A stretch of 64,000 bases of DNA, taken from positions 1,632,001 through 1,696,000 of the forward strand of contig OZ245002.1 of NCBI GenBank assembly GCA_965223415.1. The letters run 5' to 3'. The position numbers and the translations under genes are program-made. Position 1 is the first letter of the stretch. Each line of letters begins with the position of its first letter. Positions 37,387-46,652 of the stretch are shown here, one piece after another. The notes below the pieces were generated by a model. The model worked only from the letters and a program-made list of their open reading frames with translations, had not been told where the DNA came from and made no database searches. The DNA is from Myxococcota bacterium. GTDB taxonomy: Bacteria; Myxococcota_A; UBA9160; UBA6930.

Positions 37387-38580
37387 ATGACCTTCCAGGT
37401 TCCCGAGCGCGTCAGGCCGATTCGCGCCGCCGTCCAGCAGTTCATCGAGGAGAAGATCTACCCGGTCGAGCACGTCCTCGAGGAGCGCGGCACGGCCGAG
37501 GGCGCGGAGGTGATGGCCGATCTCATGGGGCAGGCCAAGGCGGCGGGCCTCTGGGCGCTCGGCCACCCCAAGGATATCGGCGGCCAGGGGCTGCCCTTCC
37601 TCGACTACGTCTACGTCAACGAGGTCGTCGGCCGCTCGACCCCGGCGATGGTCGCCCTCGGCACCCACTCGCTGCAGGACTCGATCATGCTGAAGGAGTT
37701 CGCCTCGGACGAGTGGCGCGACCGCTACCTGAAGCCGTTGGTGGACGGCGAGGCCTTCCCCAGCTTCGGCATGACCGAGCCGGACGTCGGCAGCTCGGAC
37801 CCGACCCAGCTCCAGACCTCCGCCGTCCTCGAGAACGGGGAGTGGGTGATCAACGGCCGCAAGTGGTTCACCTCCGGAGCGGACGTCGCCGCCTACACCA
37901 CCGTCATGTGTCGCACCGAGCCGGACGCCCCGGACCACGACGCCTTCAGCATGATCATCGTTCCCACCGACACGCCTGGCTACGAGATCGTGCGGGAGCC
38001 CCGGGTGATGGGCCGCCACGGTGGGCACTGCGAGATCTCCCTGCGCGACGTACGCGTGCCGGAATCGAACCTGCTCGGCCCCCGCGGCGCCGGCTTCCGG
38101 ATCGCCCAGCGCCGCCTCGGCCCCGGGCGCATCTTCCACTGCATGCGCTGGCTCGGGCAGGCCCAGCGGGCCTTCGACCTGATGTGCGAGCGGGCCAACT
38201 CGCGAGTCGTGTTCGGCAAGCCCCTCGGCGGCCACCAGCAGATCCAGAAGTTCATCTTCGACAGCCTGTGCGAGATCCAGGGGAGCCGCATGCTCACCCT
38301 GGCCGCCGCCCACAAGATCGACCAGGGCGACGAGGCCCGGGTCGAGATCGGCATGATCAAGGTCGTGGGCGCGTCGATGCTCCACAACGTCATCGACCGC
38401 GCCATCCAGGTGCACGGTGCCAAGGGCGTCACCGACGACACGCCCCTCGAGCGCATGTACCGGGAGGCCCGCTTCGCGCGGATCTACGACGGGCCGGACG
38501 AAGTCCACGTGATGACCACGTCGCGGCGGGTGCTGAAGGCCTACGCGATCGGCGACGGCTGGGACTTCGGACTGCGCTGA
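37387..38580 (+). CDS. Acyl-CoA dehydrogenase (ACAD10/11-like)
   Basis: MTEPDVGSSD, GRKWFTSGA, RLGPGRIFHCMR, RIYDGPDEVH. Confidence 0.94.
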   Translation: MTFQVPERVRPIRAAVQQFIEEKIYPVEHVLEERGTAEGAEVMADLMGQAKAAGLWALGHPKDIGGQGLPFLDYVYVNEVVGRSTPAMVALGTHSLQDSIMLKEFASDEWRDRYLKPLVDGEAFPSFGMTEPDVGSSDPTQLQTSAVLENGEWVINGRKWFTSGADVAAYTTVMCRTEPDAPDHDAFSMIIVPTDTPGYEIVREPRVMGRHGGHCEISLRDVRVPESNLLGPRGAGFRIAQRRLGPGRIFHCMRWLGQAQRAFDLMCERANSRVVFGKPLGGHQQIQKFIFDSLCEIQGSRMLTLAAAHKIDQGDEARVEIGMIKVVGASMLHNVIDRAIQVHGAKGVTDDTPLERMYREARFARIYDGPDEVHVMTTSRRVLKAYAIGDGWDFGLR

Positions 38581-38599
38581 CGCGCGCGCCCCCGGAACG

Positions 38600-40084
38600 C
38601 TATTCCGCGTAGCCCAGGCTGCGAAGCCGCTCGGCGTCGTCCTCGGAAACCGCATCTGCGCCTACGTCCGCGCGGGGCGAGTCGACGATCCATCGCTCCA
38701 GCTTCTCTACGCGCTTCGCCTCGTGCGGAGCCAGGTTGGCGAGTTCGTTCGGATCCCGATCCAGATCGTAGAGCTCCGTCGAGCCCCCGACCCAATGGTG
38801 GCCCATCCACCCGGGCTCCCGGCGGATCAGCTTGAACCGGCGGTCGGCAACGGACACCGCGGCCTGCTCGCCGGGCTCCGGGTCGAGGCGCATGATCACG
38901 GGGCCGGCGGGCTGCATCCCGTCGCCGCGGAGCGAGCCGGCCCAGCTTCGCCCGTCGAGGCCCGGCGGAGGCGCAAGACCGACCAGCTCGAGCACGGTGG
39001 GAGCGATGTCGACGAGAGCCGCGGGCGCCTCGATCGTCGAGCCCTCCGGGAGACGCACGCCGCGTCCGGCGACGACGAGCGGGACCCGTTGCGTCGCCTC
39101 GTAGAGGTCGCGCTCCCAGTAGAGGCCGTGCTCGCCCATGCTCTCGCCGTGGTCCGAGGTGACGACCGCAAGGAGACCCGCGGAACCGGCCGCATGCTCG
39201 GCGCGTTCGAGGAGCTCACCCAGCGCCCAGTCGGCGATCGCGATGTCGTCGTCGTACCACGCCCGCATCTGCTCGAGCGCTTCGGCATCGCGAACGACCT
39301 GCGCGCGTGAATCGGGCCCCATCTGATACCACTGGCTCGCTCCCGTGGGCTCGTCATAGGGAAGATGGGGGTCGAAGTAGTGGACCCACGCGAAGAAGGG
39401 CGACTCTGCCCCATCCTCGAGCCAGGCGAACGCGTCCGCGTTGACGTTCCCGGCTGGACGTGCCGGCGGGTCCGGATCGATCCCGAGCCAGGGCGCGATC
39501 CAATCCACGAGAAGGGCGAGGGGCGCCGTCACGACATGCCGTCGAAGCCAGGGCAGGGGGCCGAAGACGTCGCCGCGCACGTCGAAGCGGGAGGGAAGTC
39601 CGGATGCCCGGTCCGTCGTGGTCCACCCGCCGACGAAGGCCGCGGTCCGGTACCCGGCCGCTCGCAGGGGCTCGACGAGCGTCGGGACCGATTCGTGGAG
39701 TCGCCGTCCGTTCCGGACGACACTGTGCCGCCCGGGCAGGAGGCCCGTCATCAGGGAGATGTGGGCGGGCCCGGTGAATCGCGAGGGCGTGCGAACGGTC
39801 TCGAAGCGGACGCCGCGGGCCGCGAGCGCATCGAGGTTGTCGGTTCGCCCTCGCGGGTAGCCGTAGCTCCCGACGTGGTCTGCCCGGAGGGTGTCGATCG
39901 TGACGAGCAAGATGCTCGGTCGGGAGCCTCCCCCTCCGGGCACCGGCGCGGGCGTGGCGAGCTGTGCGTCGACGGCGGCGAACGAGGAAGCGATCAGACC
40001 GACGAGGAGGATGGCTGTGAGGAATCGAGGGGCCAAAAACAAACACCGTTCGCGCGAGAGGCTATCGCGGGCGCCCTTGGGCAT
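38600..40084 (-). CDS. Secreted/membrane-anchored sulfatase-like hydrolase/transferase
   Basis: IDTLRADH, FTGPAHISLMTG, HYFDPH, TSDHGE, LRSLGY; start uncertain. Confidence 0.85.
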   Translation of the reverse strand: MPKGARDSLSRERCLFLAPRFLTAILLVGLIASSFAAVDAQLATPAPVPGGGGSRPSILLVTIDTLRADHVGSYGYPRGRTDNLDALAARGVRFETVRTPSRFTGPAHISLMTGLLPGRHSVVRNGRRLHESVPTLVEPLRAAGYRTAAFVGGWTTTDRASGLPSRFDVRGDVFGPLPWLRRHVVTAPLALLVDWIAPWLGIDPDPPARPAGNVNADAFAWLEDGAESPFFAWVHYFDPHLPYDEPTGASQWYQMGPDSRAQVVRDAEALEQMRAWYDDDIAIADWALGELLERAEHAAGSAGLLAVVTSDHGESMGEHGLYWERDLYEATQRVPLVVAGRGVRLPEGSTIEAPAALVDIAPTVLELVGLAPPPGLDGRSWAGSLRGDGMQPAGPVIMRLDPEPGEQAAVSVADRRFKLIRREPGWMGHHWVGGSTELYDLDRDPNELANLAPHEAKRVEKLERWIVDSPRADVGADAVSEDDAERLRSLGYAE

Positions 40085-40159
40085 CAAGCGAGTGGACTTC
40101 CACTCACTGCAACCAGAGAGGGAGGTGAATACAACGCGAATCGCGAACGGTGCGTGCCG

Positions 40160-40237
40160 TGCGCGTCTACCCGCGGATGCAGAAGTCCGCGACGCTGCGC
40201 GTCTACCCGCGGATGCAGAAGTCCGCGACGCTGCGCG
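40160..40237. repeat. Perfect 36-bp tandem duplication of the esterase 3' end including its stop codon
   Basis: TGCGCGTCTACCCGCGGATGCAGAAGTCCGCGACGC at 40160 and 40196, plus TGCGCG at 40232. Confidence 0.95.
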
Positions 40238-41237
40238 CAGCCTCCCGCGAGATCTCGGGACACGCGATCGGGAAGATCTCGGTTCCGTGGATGGTCCCCA
40301 TGGCCTGGCGGCAGCGTGCCGGCACGCCCGCCCGCAGCAGGAGCCGGTAGAATGCGATGCCCTCGTCGCGCAACGGGTCGCACTCGTTCACGCTGATCAC
40401 GGTCGGCGGCAGGCCGCGCACGTCGTCCTCGGTCGCGAAGCCGGGCCACGCGAGGGGGTTCTTGCGTTCGAACTCCTCGATGCCGTAGGCCATCGCGCCG
40501 CGGTTGTCGTGCAGGTTCAGCAGGATGCCGTTGTTCAGGGTCGAAGAAGGGTACTCGTCCCGCGGCCAGCTCCCGGCGATGTAGGGGCAGAAGGCGTAGA
40601 GCCCCCGGATCAGGTCGAGGCGATCCTCCCGCTTGAGACGCAGGCCCGTCGCCAGGGTGAGGTTCCCGCCGCCGCTCTCGCCGGCGACGATGATGCGGCC
40701 TGCATCGATGCCGAGATCGTCCGCGTTCGCGGAGACCCACTTCAGGCCGGCGACGCAGTCGTCGAGGCCGGCGGGATAGGGCAGGACCTCGGGCGCCGAG
40801 GAAGGTGTCAGCGCGTTGCGGAAGTCGACCATCGCCACCGCCACGCCGTGGGCCGCGATGATCTTGCCCCAGGCCCGGTAGTTGCCGTCGAAGCAGGAGA
40901 GGGTCTGCATCCCGCCGCCGTGGATGTAGTACACGCACGGCAGGGACCCGGAGGTGTCGGGACGGATCAGCTGGATCTTGACCGAGTTGCCGTCAGGCTC
41001 CGACGCGAACTCCAGAGTCTTGATCGAGAGGCCGGCCGAGGGCGCGATCTCCTCGTTGTCGCACATCTCCATGAACCCGCGAAACCGCTCCGCCTGGGCC
41101 TTGGCTTCGGGGGTGTTCACGGCGGCCAGCAGCTCCTCCCGGCTGGCCACGTCGGAGGCCGGCATCTCGGGAAGGGCCGCGAACACCGCCTTCAGGCGAG
41201 AGTCGATTCTCGGGTCGTCGGCGATCTTCGAGCTCAT
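40203..41237 (-). CDS. Alpha/beta hydrolase, HSL-family esterase
   Basis: HGGG, GESGGG nucleophile elbow, ECDPLRDEG, H; ATG at 41237 with GAGGAGG RBS. Confidence 0.92.
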   Translation of the reverse strand: MSSKIADDPRIDSRLKAVFAALPEMPASDVASREELLAAVNTPEAKAQAERFRGFMEMCDNEEIAPSAGLSIKTLEFASEPDGNSVKIQLIRPDTSGSLPCVYYIHGGGMQTLSCFDGNYRAWGKIIAAHGVAVAMVDFRNALTPSSAPEVLPYPAGLDDCVAGLKWVSANADDLGIDAGRIIVAGESGGGNLTLATGLRLKREDRLDLIRGLYAFCPYIAGSWPRDEYPSSTLNNGILLNLHDNRGAMAYGIEEFERKNPLAWPGFATEDDVRGLPPTVISVNECDPLRDEGIAFYRLLLRAGVPARCRQAMGTIHGTEIFPIACPEISREAARSVADFCIRG

Positions 41238-41253
41238 GGCTCCTCCTCGGCCG

Positions 41254-42699
41254 CTAGGCCTCGCGATACTCGTGCAGGCCCGCCTCCGTGCGGTGCCGCT
41301 TGAACGTCTTGAAGTCTCCCGGGAACAGGAAAGGGGTGTGGCCGGAAGACGTTCGGTAGTAGCTGGTGCAGTCGGGAGATCCCCAGGAGAACTTCTCGCG
41401 TTCGGAAGCGATCCAGTCGTTGTACGCCCGGTGGAGCTCCTCGCGAACCGCGATCGCCTTGAGTCCGGCGGCTTCCTTCTGGGCCAGCAGCTCCACGATC
41501 GCCGCGAGGTTGCTCTCGGCGGCGGCAAAGAAGGAGGCGGAGAGCAGCACGCCGTTGGGTCCGACCCCGAGGAAGTAGTTCGGAAAGCCCGGGACGGCGA
41601 TGCCCTTGAAGGCTTCGGGCGCCTGCTTCATCTGCTCGGCCAGGGAGCGGCCCTGCTCCCCGCGCACGTCGATGCGCTCGAAGTCCTGCACCCGATAACC
41701 GGTGCAGTAGACGATGACGTCGGCGTCGACCGTGCGGCCGTCCTCCGCCACCAGGCCCGTCTCGGTGACGGCCTTCGCCGCGCAGGGCACCAGGGTGACG
41801 TCGTCGCGCAGGAGGGCCGGGTAGAAATCGTCCGAGACGAGGGGCCGCTGGCAGCCGAAGTGCTGGGTTGGCATCAACGCCTGGCGCAGCTCCTCGTCGG
41901 GCACGGAGGCGGCCAGGTGCTTCCGTCCCATCTCCTCGACGGTGCTCATCGTCTTGTGCCCGAGCTGGGACGCGCCGTGGCTCAGGTTCAGCACCAGGTC
42001 GAGAAACGCGCGGTAACCGCGCATGGCGAGGGGAAGGTGGCGGAACAAGCTGCGGGTCAGCGGCTTGAACTTCTTGCAGCCGCGGGGAAGGATCCAGTTG
42101 GGCGAGCGCTGGAACACGTGGAGGTGGCCCGCCTGCTTCGCGATCTCCGGAACGATCTGGACGGCAGCCGCGGCCGAACCCACCACGGCGATGCGCTTGC
42201 CCTCGAGCGACACCTCGTGGTTCCAGTTCGTGCTGTGCCAGGAATCGCCGCGGAAGCGCTCGATGCCGTCGATCTCCGGCAAGATGGGCGTGTGCTGGTT
42301 CCCCATGGCGTTGATCACAAAGTCGAAGGTCGCGGTCTCGCCGCCTTCCGCCTCGAGGATCCATTCGCCGGCGCCCTGGTAGCGGGCGGCGGCGATCTTC
42401 GTGTTCAGCCGGAGATGGGGCTCGAGGCCGAACTCCCGGGCGCAGCGTTGGAGGTAGGCCTCGATCTCCGCCTGTCCGACGTAGCTGGCCGACCAGTCCG
42501 GGTTGCCCGCGCCAGTGAAGGTGTAGGCGTGCGCCTTCACGTCGCAGGCGAGGCCGGGGTAGGAGTGGATGTGCCAGGTTCCCCCGACCGCGCCTTCCTT
42601 CTCGAAGATCGTGAAGTCGCGAAAGCCCCGGCGGAGCAGCTCACGCCCGGCGATCAGGCCGACGGGTCCCGCTCCGATGACGGCGATTCGTGCACCCAT
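41254..42699 (-). CDS. Flavin-containing monooxygenase (Baeyer-Villiger type)
   Basis: GAGPVG, GGTW...YPG.ACD, FRGDSWHSTNW, CTGY. Confidence 0.9.
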   Translation of the reverse strand: MGARIAVIGAGPVGLIAGRELLRRGFRDFTIFEKEGAVGGTWHIHSYPGLACDVKAHAYTFTGAGNPDWSASYVGQAEIEAYLQRCAREFGLEPHLRLNTKIAAARYQGAGEWILEAEGGETATFDFVINAMGNQHTPILPEIDGIERFRGDSWHSTNWNHEVSLEGKRIAVVGSAAAAVQIVPEIAKQAGHLHVFQRSPNWILPRGCKKFKPLTRSLFRHLPLAMRGYRAFLDLVLNLSHGASQLGHKTMSTVEEMGRKHLAASVPDEELRQALMPTQHFGCQRPLVSDDFYPALLRDDVTLVPCAAKAVTETGLVAEDGRTVDADVIVYCTGYRVQDFERIDVRGEQGRSLAEQMKQAPEAFKGIAVPGFPNYFLGVGPNGVLLSASFFAAAESNLAAIVELLAQKEAAGLKAIAVREELHRAYNDWIASEREKFSWGSPDCTSYYRTSSGHTPFLFPGDFKTFKRHRTEAGLHEYREA

Positions 42700-42726
42700 G
42701 GCCCGAGGGGGTAGCCCACCCGCGCG

Positions 42727-43074
42727 TCAGCTGCCGCGGCGGGCCTCGATCGCCGCCGCCAGCCCCTCGACCTCTTCGCGGCTGGCGCTCTCGAAGGGGA
42801 CCGACTTCCCTTCGCTGGCGGTGAGCTGGAGCTGGAAGGTCGGCTTCTTCCACGCCCACCAGCCGACCGCCGCCGCGATCGTGGCCAGGCCGGCGGGAAC
42901 GCCGATCCACCCGAGCTCGCCCATCGCAGCCGCCAGCATGACGAGCCCCGCGACGATCATCAGGATGGGGCCGTTGGCGGGGGGCGCGACCCGGACCACC
43001 TCCACCCGCTCGAGGCCCGAGATGTCGAGCTCGCGACCGAGCTTCGCTTCGAGAGGGGTCGTGCCGCTATTCAT
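42727..43074 (-). CDS. Small two-TM membrane protein (DUF6232-like)
   Basis: Two hydrophobic helices; start overlaps the kinase stop. Confidence 0.65.
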   Translation of the reverse strand: MNSGTTPLEAKLGRELDISGLERVEVVRVAPPANGPILMIVAGLVMLAAAMGELGWIGVPAGLATIAAAVGWWAWKKPTFQLQLTASEGKSVPFESASREEVEGLAAAIEARRGS

Positions 43075-45226
43075 CGCTGCCTCGAGCGGTTGGCTCCACG
43101 ATCAGGCTCTCGATTGCCGTCGTGAGCCCGATCGGTGAGAACGGTTTGGGAAGGAAATGGGTTCGGGCGAGCCCGGGCTCGCTGAGGCCGATCTCCCGGT
43201 CGCTGTAGCCGGACACGAAGAGCACGGGGAGATCGGGGCGATCGCGCCGCAGGTGGTCGGCCAGCTCGGGACCACGCATCTCGGGCATGACGACGTCGGA
43301 GACGAGCAGGTCGAGCTCCGCGGAGGCACCGTTGACCACGTCCAGGGCCGCGGGCCCATTCGCCGCCTCCAGGACGTCGAAGCCCGCGCGACGCAGCGTC
43401 TTGCACATCAGCGCCCGAACGCTCGACTCGTCCTCCACGAGCAGGACGCGGAGATCGCGCGCGACCGTCGGGCCGGCGTCCGTCCTCGGAGATGCGGCGG
43501 CGGCCGCCTCCCGGGCCTGCGCTCGCGGAAAGAAGAGCGCCACCCGGGTCCCCTGCCCCGGAGCGCTGTGCAAGCGGATGCCGCCGTGGCTCTGCTCGAC
43601 GATGCCGTAGACCGAGGCCAGCCCGAGGCCGGTGCCCTCGCCCACCTCCTTCGTGGTGAAGAAGGGCTCGAAGGCACGGTCCCGCGTCTCGGGCTCCATG
43701 CCGGCTCCGGAATCCTCCACCACGAGCTGGGCGTACTCTCCGGGGGGCACGCCGATGGCCGCCGATTCCTCCCGGCCGAGGTAGGTGCGCAGGGTCTCGA
43801 TTCGCAGCAGACCGCCCTGGGCCATGGCATCCCGGGCGTTCGTGGTGAGGTTGACGAGGACCCGCTGCATCTGGATCGGGTCGATCTCGACCTGCCAGGG
43901 CGCCGAGTCGAGGCGAAGCTCCAGCCGCACCTCTTCGCGGACCAGGCTCTGCAGCATCCCCCGAAGGTCCGTCACCAGGGTGTCGAGGGTCGTCCGGCGC
44001 GGCTGCAGGAGCTGCTTGCGACCGAAGGCCAGCAGCTGTCCCGTCAGCGCCGCGGCCCGGCGCGCGGCCCGGCGGATCTCCTCGGCGGCGCCGCTGTCCT
44101 GGAGCTCCTCGGCGTAGCCGGTGATCACGGTGAGCAGGTTGTTGAAGTCGTGAGCCACGCCCCCGGCGAGCACGCCCAGGCTCTCGAGCTTCTGGGCCTC
44201 GGCCAGGTGCTCCCGTGCCGCGCGCTCCTGCGTGATGTCGCGCCCGGCGAAGATCCAGCGCTCTTCGCCCTCGGGCGTCTGGTAGCGGCTGGCCACGACC
44301 TCCTGCCAGACGCTGTGGCCGTGGCGGTGGCGATTTTCCACCTCGACCCGCTGGCCGGGCCGGAGGCTCTCCTCCACCGGGGGGGGCCTCGTGGGCGGGT
44401 TGGCCAGGAGAAAGCTCGGCTCACGTCCGACGATCTCTTCCGGCTTGAATCCCAGCACCTCCTCGAGACGAGGATTCGCGTACAGGACCACGCCGTGCTC
44501 ATCGGTCTCCGTCAGGGTCTGGAACGATTCGTCGCTGATCGCCAGGAAACGCGCCTGCTCGCCCTCGAGGCGGCGCGCCATCTCCTCGGCGAGGTGGCGC
44601 GCCTCGTCGGCTTCGTCGAGGGCCCGGGCCCGCAGCCTCTCACCCAGGGCCATTCCGCCGAAGACGACCACGGTGAACGCCGTCGTTGCCCACGCCACCA
44701 CCATGGGCGAACGCGCCTCGTCCAGGAACCGCTCGCCCTGGAGCATGGCCAGGGACCAGGCCGACAGGACCACGACGCAGGTCCAGAGCCATCCAGCCCG
44801 GGTGCCGACCACCAGCATGGCAGCCACGGGCACCAGGAAGAGGAACGCGATCGAGAGCGTCTCGTCCCAGACGAACCCGGCATGCCCGCCCAGATCGATG
44901 AAGACCCCGAGCGGGATCCAGTGACCAGCGGCCCGAACCGAGTGGGTGAGCCACAGGGTCGGAAGGGGAAGCGCCCAGAGCACCGTGGCGATCCAAGAGA
45001 GCTTCGGGCTGAGCCCCGGCTCACCTTGCCCGGCGACCAGCGCACCGATCGACCCGGCCAGGACGCACAGCAAGGAGATCCCCATCAGGGCCCGAACCCG
45101 AGTCCGCTCCACGGGCCGGCTGGCCGCGAGCACTTCGGCGGGAACCAGGCGATCGAGCAGGTGATGGGTGAGAAAGTCCGGGCGAGGCTGCACGCTTTCC
45201 CCCGAGAGCCAGGGGCCAGGATACAT
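43067..45226 (-). CDS. Membrane-bound PAS hybrid sensor histidine kinase/response regulator
   Basis: N-terminal TMs, PAS, H-box VAHDFNNLL, FEPFFTTK, GTGLGL, receiver SDVVMP and KPF; alternative GTG start at 45193. Confidence 0.94.
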   Translation of the reverse strand: MYPGPWLSGESVQPRPDFLTHHLLDRLVPAEVLAASRPVERTRVRALMGISLLCVLAGSIGALVAGQGEPGLSPKLSWIATVLWALPLPTLWLTHSVRAAGHWIPLGVFIDLGGHAGFVWDETLSIAFLFLVPVAAMLVVGTRAGWLWTCVVVLSAWSLAMLQGERFLDEARSPMVVAWATTAFTVVVFGGMALGERLRARALDEADEARHLAEEMARRLEGEQARFLAISDESFQTLTETDEHGVVLYANPRLEEVLGFKPEEIVGREPSFLLANPPTRPPPVEESLRPGQRVEVENRHRHGHSVWQEVVASRYQTPEGEERWIFAGRDITQERAAREHLAEAQKLESLGVLAGGVAHDFNNLLTVITGYAEELQDSGAAEEIRRAARRAAALTGQLLAFGRKQLLQPRRTTLDTLVTDLRGMLQSLVREEVRLELRLDSAPWQVEIDPIQMQRVLVNLTTNARDAMAQGGLLRIETLRTYLGREESAAIGVPPGEYAQLVVEDSGAGMEPETRDRAFEPFFTTKEVGEGTGLGLASVYGIVEQSHGGIRLHSAPGQGTRVALFFPRAQAREAAAAASPRTDAGPTVARDLRVLLVEDESSVRALMCKTLRRAGFDVLEAANGPAALDVVNGASAELDLLVSDVVMPEMRGPELADHLRRDRPDLPVLFVSGYSDREIGLSEPGLARTHFLPKPFSPIGLTTAIESLIVEPTARGSDE

Positions 45227-45288
45227 GCTGCGCCCAAACTCGCAGTGCCTACAATCTCGGCTCCCCCGACGGAGGCACCCGAGCCAAG

Positions 45289-46053
45289 ATGTCCGACGAG
45301 CAGACCCGGGATCCGGGTTCCCTCCCGCCCCACAAGACCCTCACCAGCTACTACGACTCGGATCCGGAGCGAAGCGCCTACGTCCACGATCTCTTCAAGC
45401 GCACCGCTCCCCACTACAACACGATCGAGCGCATCTTCGGCAACGGCGGGCTCGCCTACCGACGCTACTCGCTCCGCTTCAACGGGCTCCGGGCGGGCAT
45501 GAAGGTGCTGGACGTGGCGATCGGCACCGCCGCCGTCTCACGCGGCGCCGTGAAGGAGGTCGGTCCGACCGGCCAGGTCTTCGGCGTCGACCCCAACGAG
45601 GGCATGCTCGCCGAAGCGCGCAAGAACTTCTCGGGCCCGCTCACCCGCGGCGTCGCCCAGGCCCTGCCCTTCAAGAGCGACACCTTCGACTTCGTGACGA
45701 TGGGCATCGCTCTCCGTCACGTCTCGGACCTGAAGGCGACCTTCTCCGAGTACTACCGGGTGCTCAAGCCCGGAGGCCGCGTGTGGCTGCTCGAGGGCCA
45801 CGTCGCGAAGAGCCGGATCGGCCACGCCCTCACCCGCTTCGTCTGGAAGACGGTGGTCCCGGGCCTCACCCTGCTCTTCACCCGCGATCGCGACGCCAAG
45901 CTGCTGATGGACTACTACTGGGACACCGTCGAGCAGTGCGTCCCCGAAGAGCAGATCGTGGAGGCCATGCGGAGCGCGGGGTTCGAGCACGCCCGCGTCC
46001 GGGTGACGATGCCCGGGGCATTCTGCGAGTACAAGGGGCAGAAGCCGGAGTAG
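45289..46053 (+). CDS. Class I SAM-dependent methyltransferase (UbiE/MenG-like)
   Basis: VLDVAIGT, VDPNEGML, LPF....FD, RVLKPGG. Confidence 0.88.
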   Translation: MSDEQTRDPGSLPPHKTLTSYYDSDPERSAYVHDLFKRTAPHYNTIERIFGNGGLAYRRYSLRFNGLRAGMKVLDVAIGTAAVSRGAVKEVGPTGQVFGVDPNEGMLAEARKNFSGPLTRGVAQALPFKSDTFDFVTMGIALRHVSDLKATFSEYYRVLKPGGRVWLLEGHVAKSRIGHALTRFVWKTVVPGLTLLFTRDRDAKLLMDYYWDTVEQCVPEEQIVEAMRSAGFEHARVRVTMPGAFCEYKGQKPE

Positions 46054-46086
46054 GCACGGGGCCGGTGCAGCGACGGGGAGCCTTCG

Positions 46087-46632
46087 CTAGTCCTCCGCCT
46101 CCCGCCCGCGAAACCCAAGCTCGCCGAGCTTCCGGGCGATATCCTGCCCGGCGGTTCCGACCTGCACCTCCTTGTCGATCGCGCGGATCACGCCTTCGCG
46201 ATCGATGTAGAAGGTCCAGCGGCGGGCGAAGAGGCCGCCGAAGCCGCGCACGCCGTAGGCCTTCGCCGCGTCACCGCTGGTGTCGGAGAGGAGGGTCTGG
46301 GTGGTGTCGAGGCTCTCGGCGAACTCCCGGTTCTTCTCGGGATCGTCGAGGCTCACCATGAACACGGCGGCTTCGTAGGCGGCGAGGTCGGAGGCGCTGT
46401 CCCGCAGCGCCTGGAGCTCCTGGGTTCAGCCGGGAGTGAAGGCCTTCGGGAACCAGGCGAGCACGAGCTCCCGCTGGCCCACGAAGTCCCCGAGCGCGTA
46501 GGTCTTGCCGTCCGAGCCTGCCAGGCGGAACGGCGGCGCGGGGTCGCCCGGGGAGAGATCCGCAGCGGCTGCAGCGGCGACGCCGAGAACGAGCAGGGCG
46601 ACCACGAGCAAGGGGAAGGCGAGTCGCATCAC
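46087..46632 (-). CDS. Peroxiredoxin (BCP/AhpC-TSA type), probable selenoprotein with signal peptide; in-frame UGA at 46428-46426
   Basis: ORFs 46426..46632 and 46087..46365 share a frame; readthrough gives WFPKAFTPG-U-TQELQALRD (PxxxTxxC/U); downstream SLD, LLSD and RWTFYID motifs. Confidence 0.88.
46392..46412 (-). promoter_or_regulatory. Bacterial SECIS-like hairpin
   Basis: mRNA AGGCGCUG-CGGGA-CAGCGCCU, perfect 8-bp stem with loop 21 nt after the UGA and G at loop position 2. Confidence 0.75.
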
Positions 46633-46652
46633 CTACCGAGCATAGCCGGGCC

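Noticed and set aside
40160..40237. 36-bp repeat as a CRISPR array
   Set aside because: The copies are directly adjacent with no spacers, derive from coding sequence, and no cas genes are present
46087..46632. Peroxiredoxin pseudogene or two separate small genes
   Set aside because: The stop is UGA at the catalytic residue, the frame is preserved and a SECIS-like hairpin follows, so recoding is the better explanation
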